Of a stretch of DNA of 32,000 bases, positions 19,369 through 27,888 are shown piece after piece (position 1 is the stretch's first letter; every line of letters starts with the position of its first letter). Made by a program: the position numbers and the translations under genes. The stretch comes from Halomicronema hongdechloris C2206 (GTDB taxonomy: Bacteria; Cyanobacteriota; Cyanobacteriia; Phormidesmidales; Phormidesmidaceae): NCBI RefSeq assembly GCF_002075285.3, contig NZ_CP021983.2, forward strand, positions 2,460,001-2,492,000. The letters are read 5' to 3'. The notes below the pieces were generated by a model. That model did not search any database. It had not been told where the DNA came from and was given only the letters and a program-made list of their open reading frames with translations.

Positions 19369-19564
19369 CCAGATAGCACCCTCGGGCTAGAGTGTGGTTT
19401 TACAACAGTCTTAACCTGTTTTTGCCAATTTTAGACAAGCGCAAGTAAGGGCGATAATATAGAGTGCAGCAAGGCCAAATAAAAAGGCTTTAGCTGAAGC
19501 TTCAAGCCCACGGATTTAGGGGCCGAATACAACCTATCGTATTCAGCGCAAGGTAGAGATAACA

Positions 19565-20335
19565 ATGGCAGACCAAACATTTTGGTTTTATGGTATCACT
19601 TTCTTTGGAATAATTCTGATACGGTATTTCCTGATAGCAGGGGGAACCTATTTATTCCTATACTCATCATTTGGTCAGCATTGCACCAATCGCAAGTGGC
19701 AGTATTGTGTTCCATCTTGGCAATCAATTCGGCAAGATATCTTACTCTCGGTATTCTCGGCGGGAGTATTCGCTATGGCAGCGGCATTTATCCTATTTGA
19801 ATATCGTTTGGGGATGACCCGCTTATACAGTCATCCTCAGGCTCATGGACTGTGGTATTTAGGAGTGAGTTACGGTCTCACACTGCTGCTCCAGGATGCT
19901 TATTTCTATTTCACTCACCGATTATTTCATCATCCCATCCTCTTTCCTTGGTTTCACCAAGGACATCACCGAGCCCGTTACCATAACCCCTGGACATCAT
20001 TTGCTTTTGATCCCCTTGAGGCGATCGTCCAAGCTCTTTTTCTAGTCGGAATCATCTTTACGATTCCAATTCATTTTATTACCTTGATTGCAGTACTCGC
20101 CACCATGACAATATGGGCAGTAGTCAATCATCTTGGGCTCAATTATTTGCCCACGTCATTCCCTCACCATTGGCTAGGTAAATGGGTTATTGGTCCTGTC
20201 CATCATTCTATTCATCATCGTAACTATAAAGTGCATTATGGCCTATATTTCACGTTCTGGGATAAACTCCTGAAAACTCAGGATCCCGACTACGAGAAGC
20301 AACTCGAGACCCATCTAGTACATGAAGTCAAGTGA
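19565..20335 (+). CDS. Fatty acid hydroxylase / sterol desaturase family membrane protein
   Basis: 256 aa. It has several TM segments and His boxes HRLFHH, HQGHHRARYHNP and HHSIHHRNYKVHYG. The gene is visibly more AT-rich than its flanks. Confidence 0.8.
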   Translation: MADQTFWFYGITFFGIILIRYFLIAGGTYLFLYSSFGQHCTNRKWQYCVPSWQSIRQDILLSVFSAGVFAMAAAFILFEYRLGMTRLYSHPQAHGLWYLGVSYGLTLLLQDAYFYFTHRLFHHPILFPWFHQGHHRARYHNPWTSFAFDPLEAIVQALFLVGIIFTIPIHFITLIAVLATMTIWAVVNHLGLNYLPTSFPHHWLGKWVIGPVHHSIHHRNYKVHYGLYFTFWDKLLKTQDPDYEKQLETHLVHEVK

Positions 20336-20420
20336 ATTAGGCGGAGTTGGCAGGCTAGAGGGCACATGCAGGATCCTCGGCTGGATTGGGGGATTGGTAT
20401 ACACAGGAACTTCCCTGGCA

Positions 20421-20876
20421 TCAGCGATAGCGTTCGCGGGCATAGTCATATTCCACATAGCGTTTCAGTTGCTGGGCCATGCGCCGCAACCCTTTCCGCT
20501 CGTCCTGCCGAATGAAGGGGAGAAACAGACGGGACAGGGGGCCTGAGAGGCGCTCTTGGTGACTATACTTGGTGCGTTGAGGGCCAATATCCTGCAGTTG
20601 AAAGACATGCTCGCTGCGAAGCCCTGGAATTTTAGCGACCCAGCGTAGGCAACGTTGGGGCTGTAGGTGGGTGACTAAGGGGTTGAGGACTGTTTTTTCG
20701 TCTCTCTCTAGCCGCCTGAGGGCCAAGTTAACGGTGTGTCCCTGCCGAAATGGGCGATCGGGAGCCTGATCGAATAGGAAGGTATTCCAGCGATACCAGT
20801 CTTCCTTGTGAACTAGAGCCTGCCAAACGGCAGCGCGGGGAGCGTCGATTTCGATGTCGGTATGAAGGCCAGGCAT
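20421..20876 (-). CDS. SRPBCC (START/polyketide cyclase-like) family protein
   Basis: 151 aa. The N-terminus IEIDAPRAAVWQALVHKEDWYRWNTF is typical of SRPBCC small-ligand-binding proteins. Confidence 0.6.
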   Translation of the reverse strand: MPGLHTDIEIDAPRAAVWQALVHKEDWYRWNTFLFDQAPDRPFRQGHTVNLALRRLERDEKTVLNPLVTHLQPQRCLRWVAKIPGLRSEHVFQLQDIGPQRTKYSHQERLSGPLSRLFLPFIRQDERKGLRRMAQQLKRYVEYDYARERYR

Positions 20877-21055
20877 TTAGGTGCAGTCCGAACAAAATGA
20901 CTCACTATCTTCGCCCAAACTTTAAGCAGCTCTGCCAGTGTGAGAGGATAATGGCTTTAATCTTTCCTGGTCATCTGGCTAATCCGCTGGCATCAGAGTA
21001 GGCAATGGCCCTCCTGTTCTAGTGTGCCAGTTTTTTCTACTGACAAGCGAATCCT

Positions 21056-22447
21056 ATGGTACGAATCACCCCGAGTTCTAGTTTTAGCCTGTCGTTACAG
21101 CTGAGTATCCCTAATCAGACGGGCATGCTAGCTAAGGTTGTCCATGCCATTGCCGAGGCGGGTGGCAACTTGGGCAATGTGGAGTTAATCAGCCGGACTC
21201 GTCAGGTGTTGGTGCGGACTCTGACGGTGAATGCGGCCAGCACCGAACATGCCGAAGAGATCGTGCAGGCAGTGCGGGCTTTGCCGGAGATCGAGGTGCT
21301 TGCGGTGTCGGATCGCACCTTCTCCCTGCATGAGGGTGGCAAGATTCATATCAAAAGTCGGCTACCGCTCCATAGCCAGGAAGATTTGGCTATGGCCTAC
21401 ACTCCTGGGGTGGGACGCATCTGCATGGAAATTTCCCAGCGGCCAGAGCGGGTGTATGACCTGACGATTAAGGGGAATACGGTGGCCATTGTCACCGATG
21501 GTAGTGCCGTCTTGGGGTTAGGGAACTTGGGACCGGCGGGGGCGTTGCCGGTGATGGAGGGCAAGGCCATGTTGTTTAAGGAATTTGCCGACATTGATGC
21601 CTTTCCCATCTGCCTGGATACTCAGGACCCGGATGAGATCGTGGAGACGGTGAAGCACATGGCACCAGTCTTTGGTGGTATCAACCTAGAAGATATCAGT
21701 GCGCCCCGCTGTTTTGAGATCGAGGCGCGGCTGCGACAGGAGCTGGATATCCCAGTGTTCCATGATGATCAACATGGCACTGCCATCGTTACCTTGGCGG
21801 CCTTGATTAATGCCCTGACACTAGTGGGTAAGTCCCTAGAGACCATCAAGATTGTGATTAATGGGGCTGGGGCAGCGGGGGTGGCCATTGCCCAGCTCCT
21901 GCAAAAGGCCGGGACTACCCAGGTGATCCTGTGTGATTCGCGGGGCATTATTTCATGCGATCGCATCGATCTCACCCCTCAAAAACGGGCCCTAGCCGTT
22001 GAAACCCCTGGCCCCCTGGCGGAGGCCATGGTCGGAGCCGATGTCTTCCTCGGGGTGAGCGTGCCGGGGGTGGTCGGTGTGGAGATGGTGCAATCCATGG
22101 CCCCAGCGCCCATTGTCTTTGCCATGGCCAATCCCATTCCCGAAATTCAACCGGAGCTAGTCAGCGAGTATGTGGCAGTCATGGCCACTGGTCGCAGTGA
22201 CTACGCCAATCAGATCAATAATGTGTTGGCCTTTCCCGGCGTTCTACGGGGAGCCCTCGACTGTCGCGCCCAAGCTCTCACCGCCACCATGTACCTAGAG
22301 GCCGCCCAAGCGATTGCCTCCCTGGTCCATCCTCAGGAGCTCTCTCCCGAGCACATCATCCCATCGGTATTTGATCAGCGGGTGGCTGCTACCGTAGCCT
22401 CTGCCGTGAAACATGCCGCTCGTGTCGATGGGGTGGCCAAGCGATAG
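21056..22447 (+). CDS. NAD(P)-dependent malic enzyme with N-terminal ACT-like domain
   Basis: 463 aa. Motifs: LAMAYTPGVGRICMEI, IVTDGSAVLGLGNLGPAGALPVMEGKAMLFKEFADIDAFPICLD, FGGINLEDISAPRCFEIE and INGAGAAGVAIA. Confidence 0.9.
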   Translation: MVRITPSSSFSLSLQLSIPNQTGMLAKVVHAIAEAGGNLGNVELISRTRQVLVRTLTVNAASTEHAEEIVQAVRALPEIEVLAVSDRTFSLHEGGKIHIKSRLPLHSQEDLAMAYTPGVGRICMEISQRPERVYDLTIKGNTVAIVTDGSAVLGLGNLGPAGALPVMEGKAMLFKEFADIDAFPICLDTQDPDEIVETVKHMAPVFGGINLEDISAPRCFEIEARLRQELDIPVFHDDQHGTAIVTLAALINALTLVGKSLETIKIVINGAGAAGVAIAQLLQKAGTTQVILCDSRGIISCDRIDLTPQKRALAVETPGPLAEAMVGADVFLGVSVPGVVGVEMVQSMAPAPIVFAMANPIPEIQPELVSEYVAVMATGRSDYANQINNVLAFPGVLRGALDCRAQALTATMYLEAAQAIASLVHPQELSPEHIIPSVFDQRVAATVASAVKHAARVDGVAKR

Positions 22448-22734
22448 GCGAGCAAACGCTACTGTCGCTACTGCAGGAGATCAATCACGGGAAGACAGAT
22501 GCAGTCTACCTCTAGATGCTGCTCCCCCCTTAGAGGACATTTGAAAACTCGGCTGAAAGCCCTGCCGGGTAAGCGTTTTAGAGCGTATGGCTCTGTTGGC
22601 CAGAATCCAGTCTGGAGTAAGGTTGCAGGGTACTTTCCAAATATCCTCTTAGGTAGAACCTCCCGGCTTTCCCTGCAGAGACGCTTCGGGAGTGTGGCAC
22701 ACTGACAATGTAGTGTGCAGAGGCAGGTGTCTTC

Positions 22735-23217
22735 GTGTTAGACGAACAGGCCAAAAAAAACCTATTGCGGAAGATTCCCCACGGGCTCTACATCTGCGGT
22801 GTCCGCAACGGCGATGAGATGAATGGCTTCACCGCCAGCTGGGTGATGCAGGGCTCCTTCCAGCCGCCATTGGTGGTGAACTGTGTCAAAAATGACTCCA
22901 TTTCTCATGCTCTGCTCAAGGCCAGTGGTGGCTTTGCGTTGAGTTTTCTGGAAGCGGGTCAGAAAGACTTAGCCAAAAACTTCTTCAAACCCCTGCGGCG
23001 AGTGGGCAACAAGTTTGAGCACATCGAGTTCTACGAGGCTCCCGAGACTGGTTGCCCCGTGATCAAAGACACCTTGGGCTATGTGGAATGCCGAGTCGTT
23101 GGCGCTGTCGAGCATGGTGACCATACTGTCTTTGTCGGTGAAGTGGTTGGGGCTGCCATCCACCGCGAGGGCGACCCCTTGCTCCTAGAAAACACTGGCT
23201 GGAATTACGGCGGATAG
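22735..23217 (+). CDS. Flavin reductase-like domain protein (GTG start)
   Basis: 160 aa. The segment HGLYICGVRNGDEMNGFTASWVMQGSFQPPLVVNCV, with ...HGDHTVFVGEVV, is typical of the Flavin_Reduct fold. Confidence 0.8.
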   Translation: MLDEQAKKNLLRKIPHGLYICGVRNGDEMNGFTASWVMQGSFQPPLVVNCVKNDSISHALLKASGGFALSFLEAGQKDLAKNFFKPLRRVGNKFEHIEFYEAPETGCPVIKDTLGYVECRVVGAVEHGDHTVFVGEVVGAAIHREGDPLLLENTGWNYGG

Positions 23218-23235
23218 CATTCAAAGACAATAACT

Positions 23236-23586
23236 ATGCCATTAATCAAAGTTCAAACCTCTATCGAGGCCCCAGACAAATCCCAGGTGGAATCCTTACT
23301 AAAAGACCTATCCTCCAGTCTTTCCCAGCACCTGGGTAAACCCGAGTCTTATATCATGACTGCCTTCGAGGCCGAGGTGCCTATGACCTTTGCCGGCACC
23401 ACCGACCCTGTCTGCTACATCGAGATCAAGAGCGTCGGCACCATGGGGGCTAAGACAGAAGCCATGAGTCAAGCCTTCTGCAGCCAGATCGAAGATTCCT
23501 TAGGGGTACCTAAAAACCGCACCTACATTGAATTTGCCGATGCGGCTGGCGCCATGTGGGGCTGGAACGGCACCACCTTCGGCTAA
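23236..23586 (+). CDS. MIF / tautomerase-superfamily protein
   Basis: 116 aa. It starts with the MP... N-terminus (catalytic Pro1 after Met removal) and has the MIF-like C-terminus AMWGWNGTTFG. Confidence 0.75.
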   Translation: MPLIKVQTSIEAPDKSQVESLLKDLSSSLSQHLGKPESYIMTAFEAEVPMTFAGTTDPVCYIEIKSVGTMGAKTEAMSQAFCSQIEDSLGVPKNRTYIEFADAAGAMWGWNGTTFG

Positions 23587-23616
23587 GTGCGATCGCAATC
23601 TCCCTTCCATTGATGC

Positions 23617-26445
23617 CTAAAAGGGCACATCGTCATCGGGGTCTGTCGGAAACGAGTCCTCATGCTGGGGCAGCTCAGGGCCAGTAGAACCGTTGCCGGC
23701 TGCTAGGTCAGTCAGATCATCATCGAGGTTTACGATCTGGCCATTGAAGAACTGGGCGAAGCTCTTGACGGCTCGGTCGAGATCCGAATCTAACGGCCAG
23801 GGGTCAGCCCCTGCGGGAGAAGAATCGGCCTGGCCCGGGGCATCTTCAGGAACGGCGTTGGTTGGTGACTGTGGCGGCTCTGCCTGGGCTGGTGGCGGTG
23901 CTGAGGAAGGCGGCGGTGCTGGCGAGGAGGGTGGTGCCGGTGCCGGGGAAGCCGCTTCCGCATCCGGTAGCACCTCTAGAGATACCTCAACCGGCCGTTG
24001 TAGCACCTGCTTAAAGGCGGCTTCTACATTGGATAGACGGCCCTGGGCCATCTTAAACAATGGTTTAGAACTAATGCCGATGCGGGCGGTGTGACCATCA
24101 CAGGCTAGAAGCTTACCCTGCTGTCGCATCAGAGTCCGAGTGCCAAAGGGCTGCAACACCGCGATGATCTGTTGCCACAGGGAGTCCAAATCATGGACAG
24201 GCGCTTCAGAGGCTGAAGCATCCGAGGGTGGGCCGGGCTGAGATGGCGTAGCCTCTGGGGAAGGTGTCGCCCTTGGTGGCGCCGGAGGCGGTCCAGCGGG
24301 CCGGGGTGGTGATGGCGCTGGTGGCTTAGGGCTGGTGGGTTGTATCGCAGAGGCTGCCGCTGGGGTGGGACTGGCAGCGCTTGCCGATGACGGTAACAAC
24401 CCCATAAGCGTCACTTCTAGCCAAAGCCGCGGTTGGCTGCTGTGCTTCACCTGGGCTTCGGCGGTGCGCAGGTGGTGCTGACTGGCCAGCACCGTCGATA
24501 ACTCTAGGCCTTGCACCAGGGTCTGCATCTCGCCCCAGGTAGCCGCCGTTACTGCCACTAAATCCTGGCGCTGGGCCGCCGTCTTGGCGATGAGCAAATC
24601 CCGATAAAACCCGGCCAGACTCTGGAGCACGATCAGGGGTTCTCGCCCCCGATCCATGAGTTTGCGGGCCTGGTCTAGCACGGTGCTGGCCTGGTTTTGG
24701 CTGATGGCTTCAACCAGGGTAAGCAGGTCGCGCTCTGGGACTGCCCCCACTAGATCCCACACCTGCTCCACAGTAATGGGAGGCTCTAACAAACTGAGTT
24801 GATCCAAGAGACTCTCGGCATCCCGCAAGCCTCCCTGGGCAATTTGGGCCACTAAGCGCACCGCCTCTGGCCCAATCTCAATGGTCTCCTGGGTGGCGAT
24901 GGTGCTGAGGTGGGTCACCATGTCTTCCAGGGGAATGCGCCGGAAGTCGAAGCGCTGACAGCGGGAAATGATGGTAGGCAGCACCCGTTGCGGGTCGGTA
25001 GTCGCCAGCACAAATACCACCTGCGGTGGCGGTTCCTCCAATGTCTTCAGCAGGGCATTGAAGGCCGCGGTGCTAAGCATGTGACAATTGTGAACCAACA
25101 AGCCGTTGGCCACAAAGTTGTGATTCGCGTCTACCTCAATATCGTAAACTCGTTCAACCCCAGCGGGGCGTACAGATACGACCGTCTCCGAATTTGTACA
25201 CCATTGAGGGGATTGCGTATTGACGTAAGTCCGACAGCCATTGTCTAGCGGCGTTTGCTCCGATAGAGACGTAGAAATATTGTCTGCCGCTACTCGCTCT
25301 GATGTAGGAGCAGCATTTGGCCACGTATCCCATGCGGGTAAGCCAATCTGCGATGAGTTGGTTCTCTTCGGCAGAGTAGCCTTCTGTATGGAACTGTATT
25401 TGAGGACTTCCTTGCGGGCTGAGGCTAAGGGAACCGTCATCCATATACCACCACGCAAGTCCCTCTTGGGAAATTTTTGATAGCCATTGTTCAGAGACCA
25501 GCTTTTGGCCGCCGTTAGGCTTGACCTGACTGAATACGGAACTGAGTTCAGGATGACAAGCTGTTGAGCAGCACACTGAGACGGAACCGTATCCGTCATT
25601 TTTGGTAGTTCTGAGCTTGGGCTGTAGGGATGCGAGTCGAGAAGCTTTATATTCTGACCATTCTTTCTGCAATTGCCCGTGGGTCCAAGCCAGTCGAGGA
25701 AAGCGTTGGTGTCCTCTAGCGTAGGGACGAAGTCGCCCATCGGTGCCGAATTTGTAGATGACAGTTCCGCATCCACAGGCACAGGCGATAGTATCTTGGC
25801 ACCTTTTTTTATGTCTTTGGCTGCTACCCATCCAATGTCTGTTCTAATCAGGTGATTTCCAGTACATCTGATCTTACGATGGGATGTTTGGATTTCCAAG
25901 ATTTCTCGTTCCCCCTGATCAAGCCAGCGCAGGATCGGCCTAAACTCCCACTGGCCAGACGCTTCGTTGTAGCTGAGCGCTTGTTTCCCTTTCAGGGTAG
26001 GATCATCAATTCTGATGAACCCATCTTTGGTATAGACCTGGGTATCCCCGGTTAGGCACTCATCAATGACGTAAACCTTGTAGCGACACTGGACTGGGGC
26101 GAATTGGGCCCGTTCGATCAGCTCACGGATGTTGTCGACGCCGGTGTTGCTGGCAGCGTCAATTTCAACGATGTCCAGGGCGGACCCGGTGGCGATGGCC
26201 TGACAGACGTCGCAGCTGCCACAGGGGGTTGGATGGGGTTGCTGCTGGGTTAGACAATTGAGAGACTTAGCCAAGATCCGGGCACTGGAGGTTTTCCCTG
26301 TGCCTCGGGGGCCGCAAAATAGATAGGCTGGAGCAATGCGCTGCTGTTGCAGGGCATTGGCTAGGGTAGTTGCGATCGCAGCTTGACCCACCAACTGGCC
26401 GAAGGTCTGCGGTCGGTATTTATGGTGCAGCGGTTCGTAGGCCAT
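23617..26445 (-). CDS. dnaX: DNA polymerase III subunit gamma/tau, interrupted by an intein
   Basis: 942 aa. It has [14 protein letters not shown], Walker [10 protein letters not shown] and the zinc module CGSCDVCQ. The Walker B/sensor region is split as VYVIDE | intein | [20 protein letters not shown]. The C-terminus has Pro/Ala-rich tau linkers. Confidence 0.95.
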   Translation of the reverse strand: MAYEPLHHKYRPQTFGQLVGQAAIATTLANALQQQRIAPAYLFCGPRGTGKTSSARILAKSLNCLTQQQPHPTPCGSCDVCQAIATGSALDIVEIDAASNTGVDNIRELIERAQFAPVQCRYKVYVIDECLTGDTQVYTKDGFIRIDDPTLKGKQALSYNEASGQWEFRPILRWLDQGEREILEIQTSHRKIRCTGNHLIRTDIGWVAAKDIKKGAKILSPVPVDAELSSTNSAPMGDFVPTLEDTNAFLDWLGPTGNCRKNGQNIKLLDSHPYSPSSELPKMTDTVPSQCAAQQLVILNSVPYSVRSSLTAAKSWSLNNGYQKFPKRDLRGGIWMTVPLASARKEVLKYSSIQKATLPKRTNSSQIGLPAWDTWPNAAPTSERVAADNISTSLSEQTPLDNGCRTYVNTQSPQWCTNSETVVSVRPAGVERVYDIEVDANHNFVANGLLVHNCHMLSTAAFNALLKTLEEPPPQVVFVLATTDPQRVLPTIISRCQRFDFRRIPLEDMVTHLSTIATQETIEIGPEAVRLVAQIAQGGLRDAESLLDQLSLLEPPITVEQVWDLVGAVPERDLLTLVEAISQNQASTVLDQARKLMDRGREPLIVLQSLAGFYRDLLIAKTAAQRQDLVAVTAATWGEMQTLVQGLELSTVLASQHHLRTAEAQVKHSSQPRLWLEVTLMGLLPSSASAASPTPAAASAIQPTSPKPPAPSPPRPAGPPPAPPRATPSPEATPSQPGPPSDASASEAPVHDLDSLWQQIIAVLQPFGTRTLMRQQGKLLACDGHTARIGISSKPLFKMAQGRLSNVEAAFKQVLQRPVEVSLEVLPDAEAASPAPAPPSSPAPPPSSAPPPAQAEPPQSPTNAVPEDAPGQADSSPAGADPWPLDSDLDRAVKSFAQFFNGQIVNLDDDLTDLAAGNGSTGPELPQHEDSFPTDPDDDVPF
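25154..25831 (-). CDS. LAGLIDADG (I-SceI-like, LAGLIDADG_2-type) homing endonuclease ORF nested in the intein, in the -1 frame relative to dnaX
   Basis: 225 aa ORF from the track. [12 protein letters not shown] (nt 25459-25430), [27 protein letters not shown] and AIPSMVYKF parallel I-SceI LAYWFMDDGGK / LNTQSFTFEEVEYLVKGLRNKFQLNCY / LIPQMMYKL as I recall them. The N-terminus has a CxCGCG...GH cysteine cluster. There is no obvious SD before the ATG. An in-frame TAG lies 5 codons upstream of the ATG. Confidence 0.75.
   Translation of the reverse strand: MGSSQRHKKRCQDTIACACGCGTVIYKFGTDGRLRPYARGHQRFPRLAWTHGQLQKEWSEYKASRLASLQPKLRTTKNDGYGSVSVCCSTACHPELSSVFSQVKPNGGQKLVSEQWLSKISQEGLAWWYMDDGSLSLSPQGSPQIQFHTEGYSAEENQLIADWLTRMGYVAKCCSYIRASSGRQYFYVSIGANAARQWLSDLRQYAIPSMVYKFGDGRICTPRWG
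25804..25810 (-). other. A7 run forming an A_AAA_AAA heptamer in the dnaX zero frame (candidate -1 slippery site)
   Basis: The minus strand reads C ATA AAA AAA GGT (dnaX frame: I K K G) and CAT AAA AAA AGG (nested ORF frame: H K K R). A -1 slip here moves ribosomes from the dnaX frame into the LAGLIDADG frame. The functional call is hypothetical. Confidence 0.3.
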
Positions 26446-26514
26446 AGGTACTACGATAACGTCTCTCCTGAGGGATCACGCCGGCTCCCTAGTCCATCTT
26501 CCGTCTTTACCGCA

Positions 26515-27432
26515 ATGACTATGACTATTGCTGCAATCGATCGAATCTACACCGATGGTGCCTGCTCCGGAAACCCTGGTCCCGGGGGATGGGGCGTCGT
26601 AATTTACTATGGCGATGGTCAGGTCGATGAACTCGGCGAAGGGGAGCCCCAGACCACCAACAATCGTATGGAACTGCAAGCCGCCATCGCCGCCCTAGAG
26701 AGGCTCATCGCCAGCGGCCAAACCACCCCTGTCTCCCTCTACACCGACAGCGAATATGTCAAAAAGGGAATCACCCAATGGGTAACGGGTTGGAAGCGCC
26801 GTGACTGGAAAACCTCTGCCGGCAAACCCGTGCTCAATCAAGATCTTTGGCAGCAGCTAGACCACTTACATCAGCAGGTGACCCGACGGTTAACCCTGGA
26901 ATGGATCTATGTCCGTGGCCATAGTGGTGATGCAGGCAACGACCGCTGCGATGCCATCGCCCGCGGGTTTGCCCAGGGTCAACCCCCACCGCTGAGCCAA
27001 CGGCAGCCATCGCTAAACCCAACCTCACCTCAGCCAGAGACAACTGCGACGAAGCCAATTGAATCCACTTTTACTGTAAATACTCAAAATTTCGTTGCAT
27101 CTCCATCAAATTCCCATTACGATATGGAAAATGTCCATCCTGAAACCAATATGGCTGATTCAGGTGCCCCTCCTGCAACGGACACATTAGACAATCTTCC
27201 TCGGGAAGTGCGGGTCAACCAGCTCCGCAACATGCTAGAGACCCTGCACGCTGCCGACGAAATTGCTAAGCAAGGATACCTCATCACTAGCTCTGAGCTA
27301 GCCGACTTGATGGATGTGAATGCTAGCGCAGTTACGAGTCGCGGTGAGTATTGGGCTTGGCGCAATTGGACAGTATCACGGGTGCGGCGAGAAGGTAATC
27401 AGATTCTCTGGCAGTTAGAGCGTATTGATTAA
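26515..27432 (+). CDS. rnhA: Ribonuclease HI with a C-terminal extension of about 150 aa
   Basis: ORF 26383..27432. The preferred start is the ATG at 26515 ([29 protein letters not shown]...[14 protein letters not shown]...LYTDSEYV...[21 protein letters not shown]). The upstream part of the ORF overlaps the dnaX start on the other strand. The tail after about residue 150 is a low-complexity linker plus an HTH-like segment, [22 protein letters not shown]. Confidence 0.85.
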   Translation: MTMTIAAIDRIYTDGACSGNPGPGGWGVVIYYGDGQVDELGEGEPQTTNNRMELQAAIAALERLIASGQTTPVSLYTDSEYVKKGITQWVTGWKRRDWKTSAGKPVLNQDLWQQLDHLHQQVTRRLTLEWIYVRGHSGDAGNDRCDAIARGFAQGQPPPLSQRQPSLNPTSPQPETTATKPIESTFTVNTQNFVASPSNSHYDMENVHPETNMADSGAPPATDTLDNLPREVRVNQLRNMLETLHAADEIAKQGYLITSSELADLMDVNASAVTSRGEYWAWRNWTVSRVRREGNQILWQLERID

Positions 27433-27888
27433 GGCATTGACCAAGGCAGCTCTCCTACCATCCCGAAGGCGTGTATCATTTTATTAACTAGCGACCGATG
27501 GCCTGCCTCTGACTATGGTAGGTCATGAGCTGTTGCCAGGAGATCTACCGCGTTTCCAGCGCTCGAGTCTACAGGTGAGATAGTCAGGTGTCGGTTCTAG
27601 TTGGGCGAGTGCTGGTCTAGCCCAGAGTGTAGTGCGGCTGGCTGAGGCCGGTAGGCGGTGATGTCGAAATGATTTCCCCCGAATCATTCCCCGGGTTGGG
27701 ACGTGGATCGAGGCTATACGAGACCGCCGTGCAACATCTGCACAGGCTCATTTTATCCAGACTCGCTTTGCATAGCGATAAGCCTCAGCCGATAAAGTCA
27801 GGGCTAAACCTAATAGAATTTCCCTGAAGCGAGTGATTTAGCAATGCAAAGTGGGAAAGCTCTGAAGTATACTCTGCACAATTAAGTC

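Larger units (their letters stand above)
25087..26058 (-). mobile_element. DnaX intein (324 aa, DnaX residues 130-453)
   Basis: Block A is [10 protein letters not shown] (Cys1 codon 26058-26056). Block B is [10 protein letters not shown] (TxxH). Blocks F/G are [21 protein letters not shown] followed by the +1 Cys (Asn codon 25089-25087). The N-terminal Hint region is about 26058-25780 and the C-terminal Hint region about 25188-25087. The in-frame middle (about 25779-25189) is Ser/Pro/Thr-rich and has no endonuclease motif. Confidence 0.9.

Noticed and set aside
23693-24094. 133 aa + strand ORF antisense to the dnaX C-terminal region
   Set aside because: It is generated by the stop-poor Pro/Ala-rich linker coding sequence. 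Its Gly/Ala/Ser-rich composition is low-complexity.
25742-25803. 6-bp pairing GGTGCC/GGCACC immediately 3' of the A7 run, considered as a frameshift stimulator
   Set aside because: It has zero spacer, only 6 bp and a 50-nt loop, so it is not comparable to known stimulatory hairpins or pseudoknots. I mention it but do not call it.
26383-26514. Upstream 44 codons of the rnhA ORF overlapping the dnaX start region
   Set aside because: There is no RNase H homology before [12 protein letters not shown]. The region is antisense to the dnaX N-terminus and promoter, so it is probably an ORF-caller extension.
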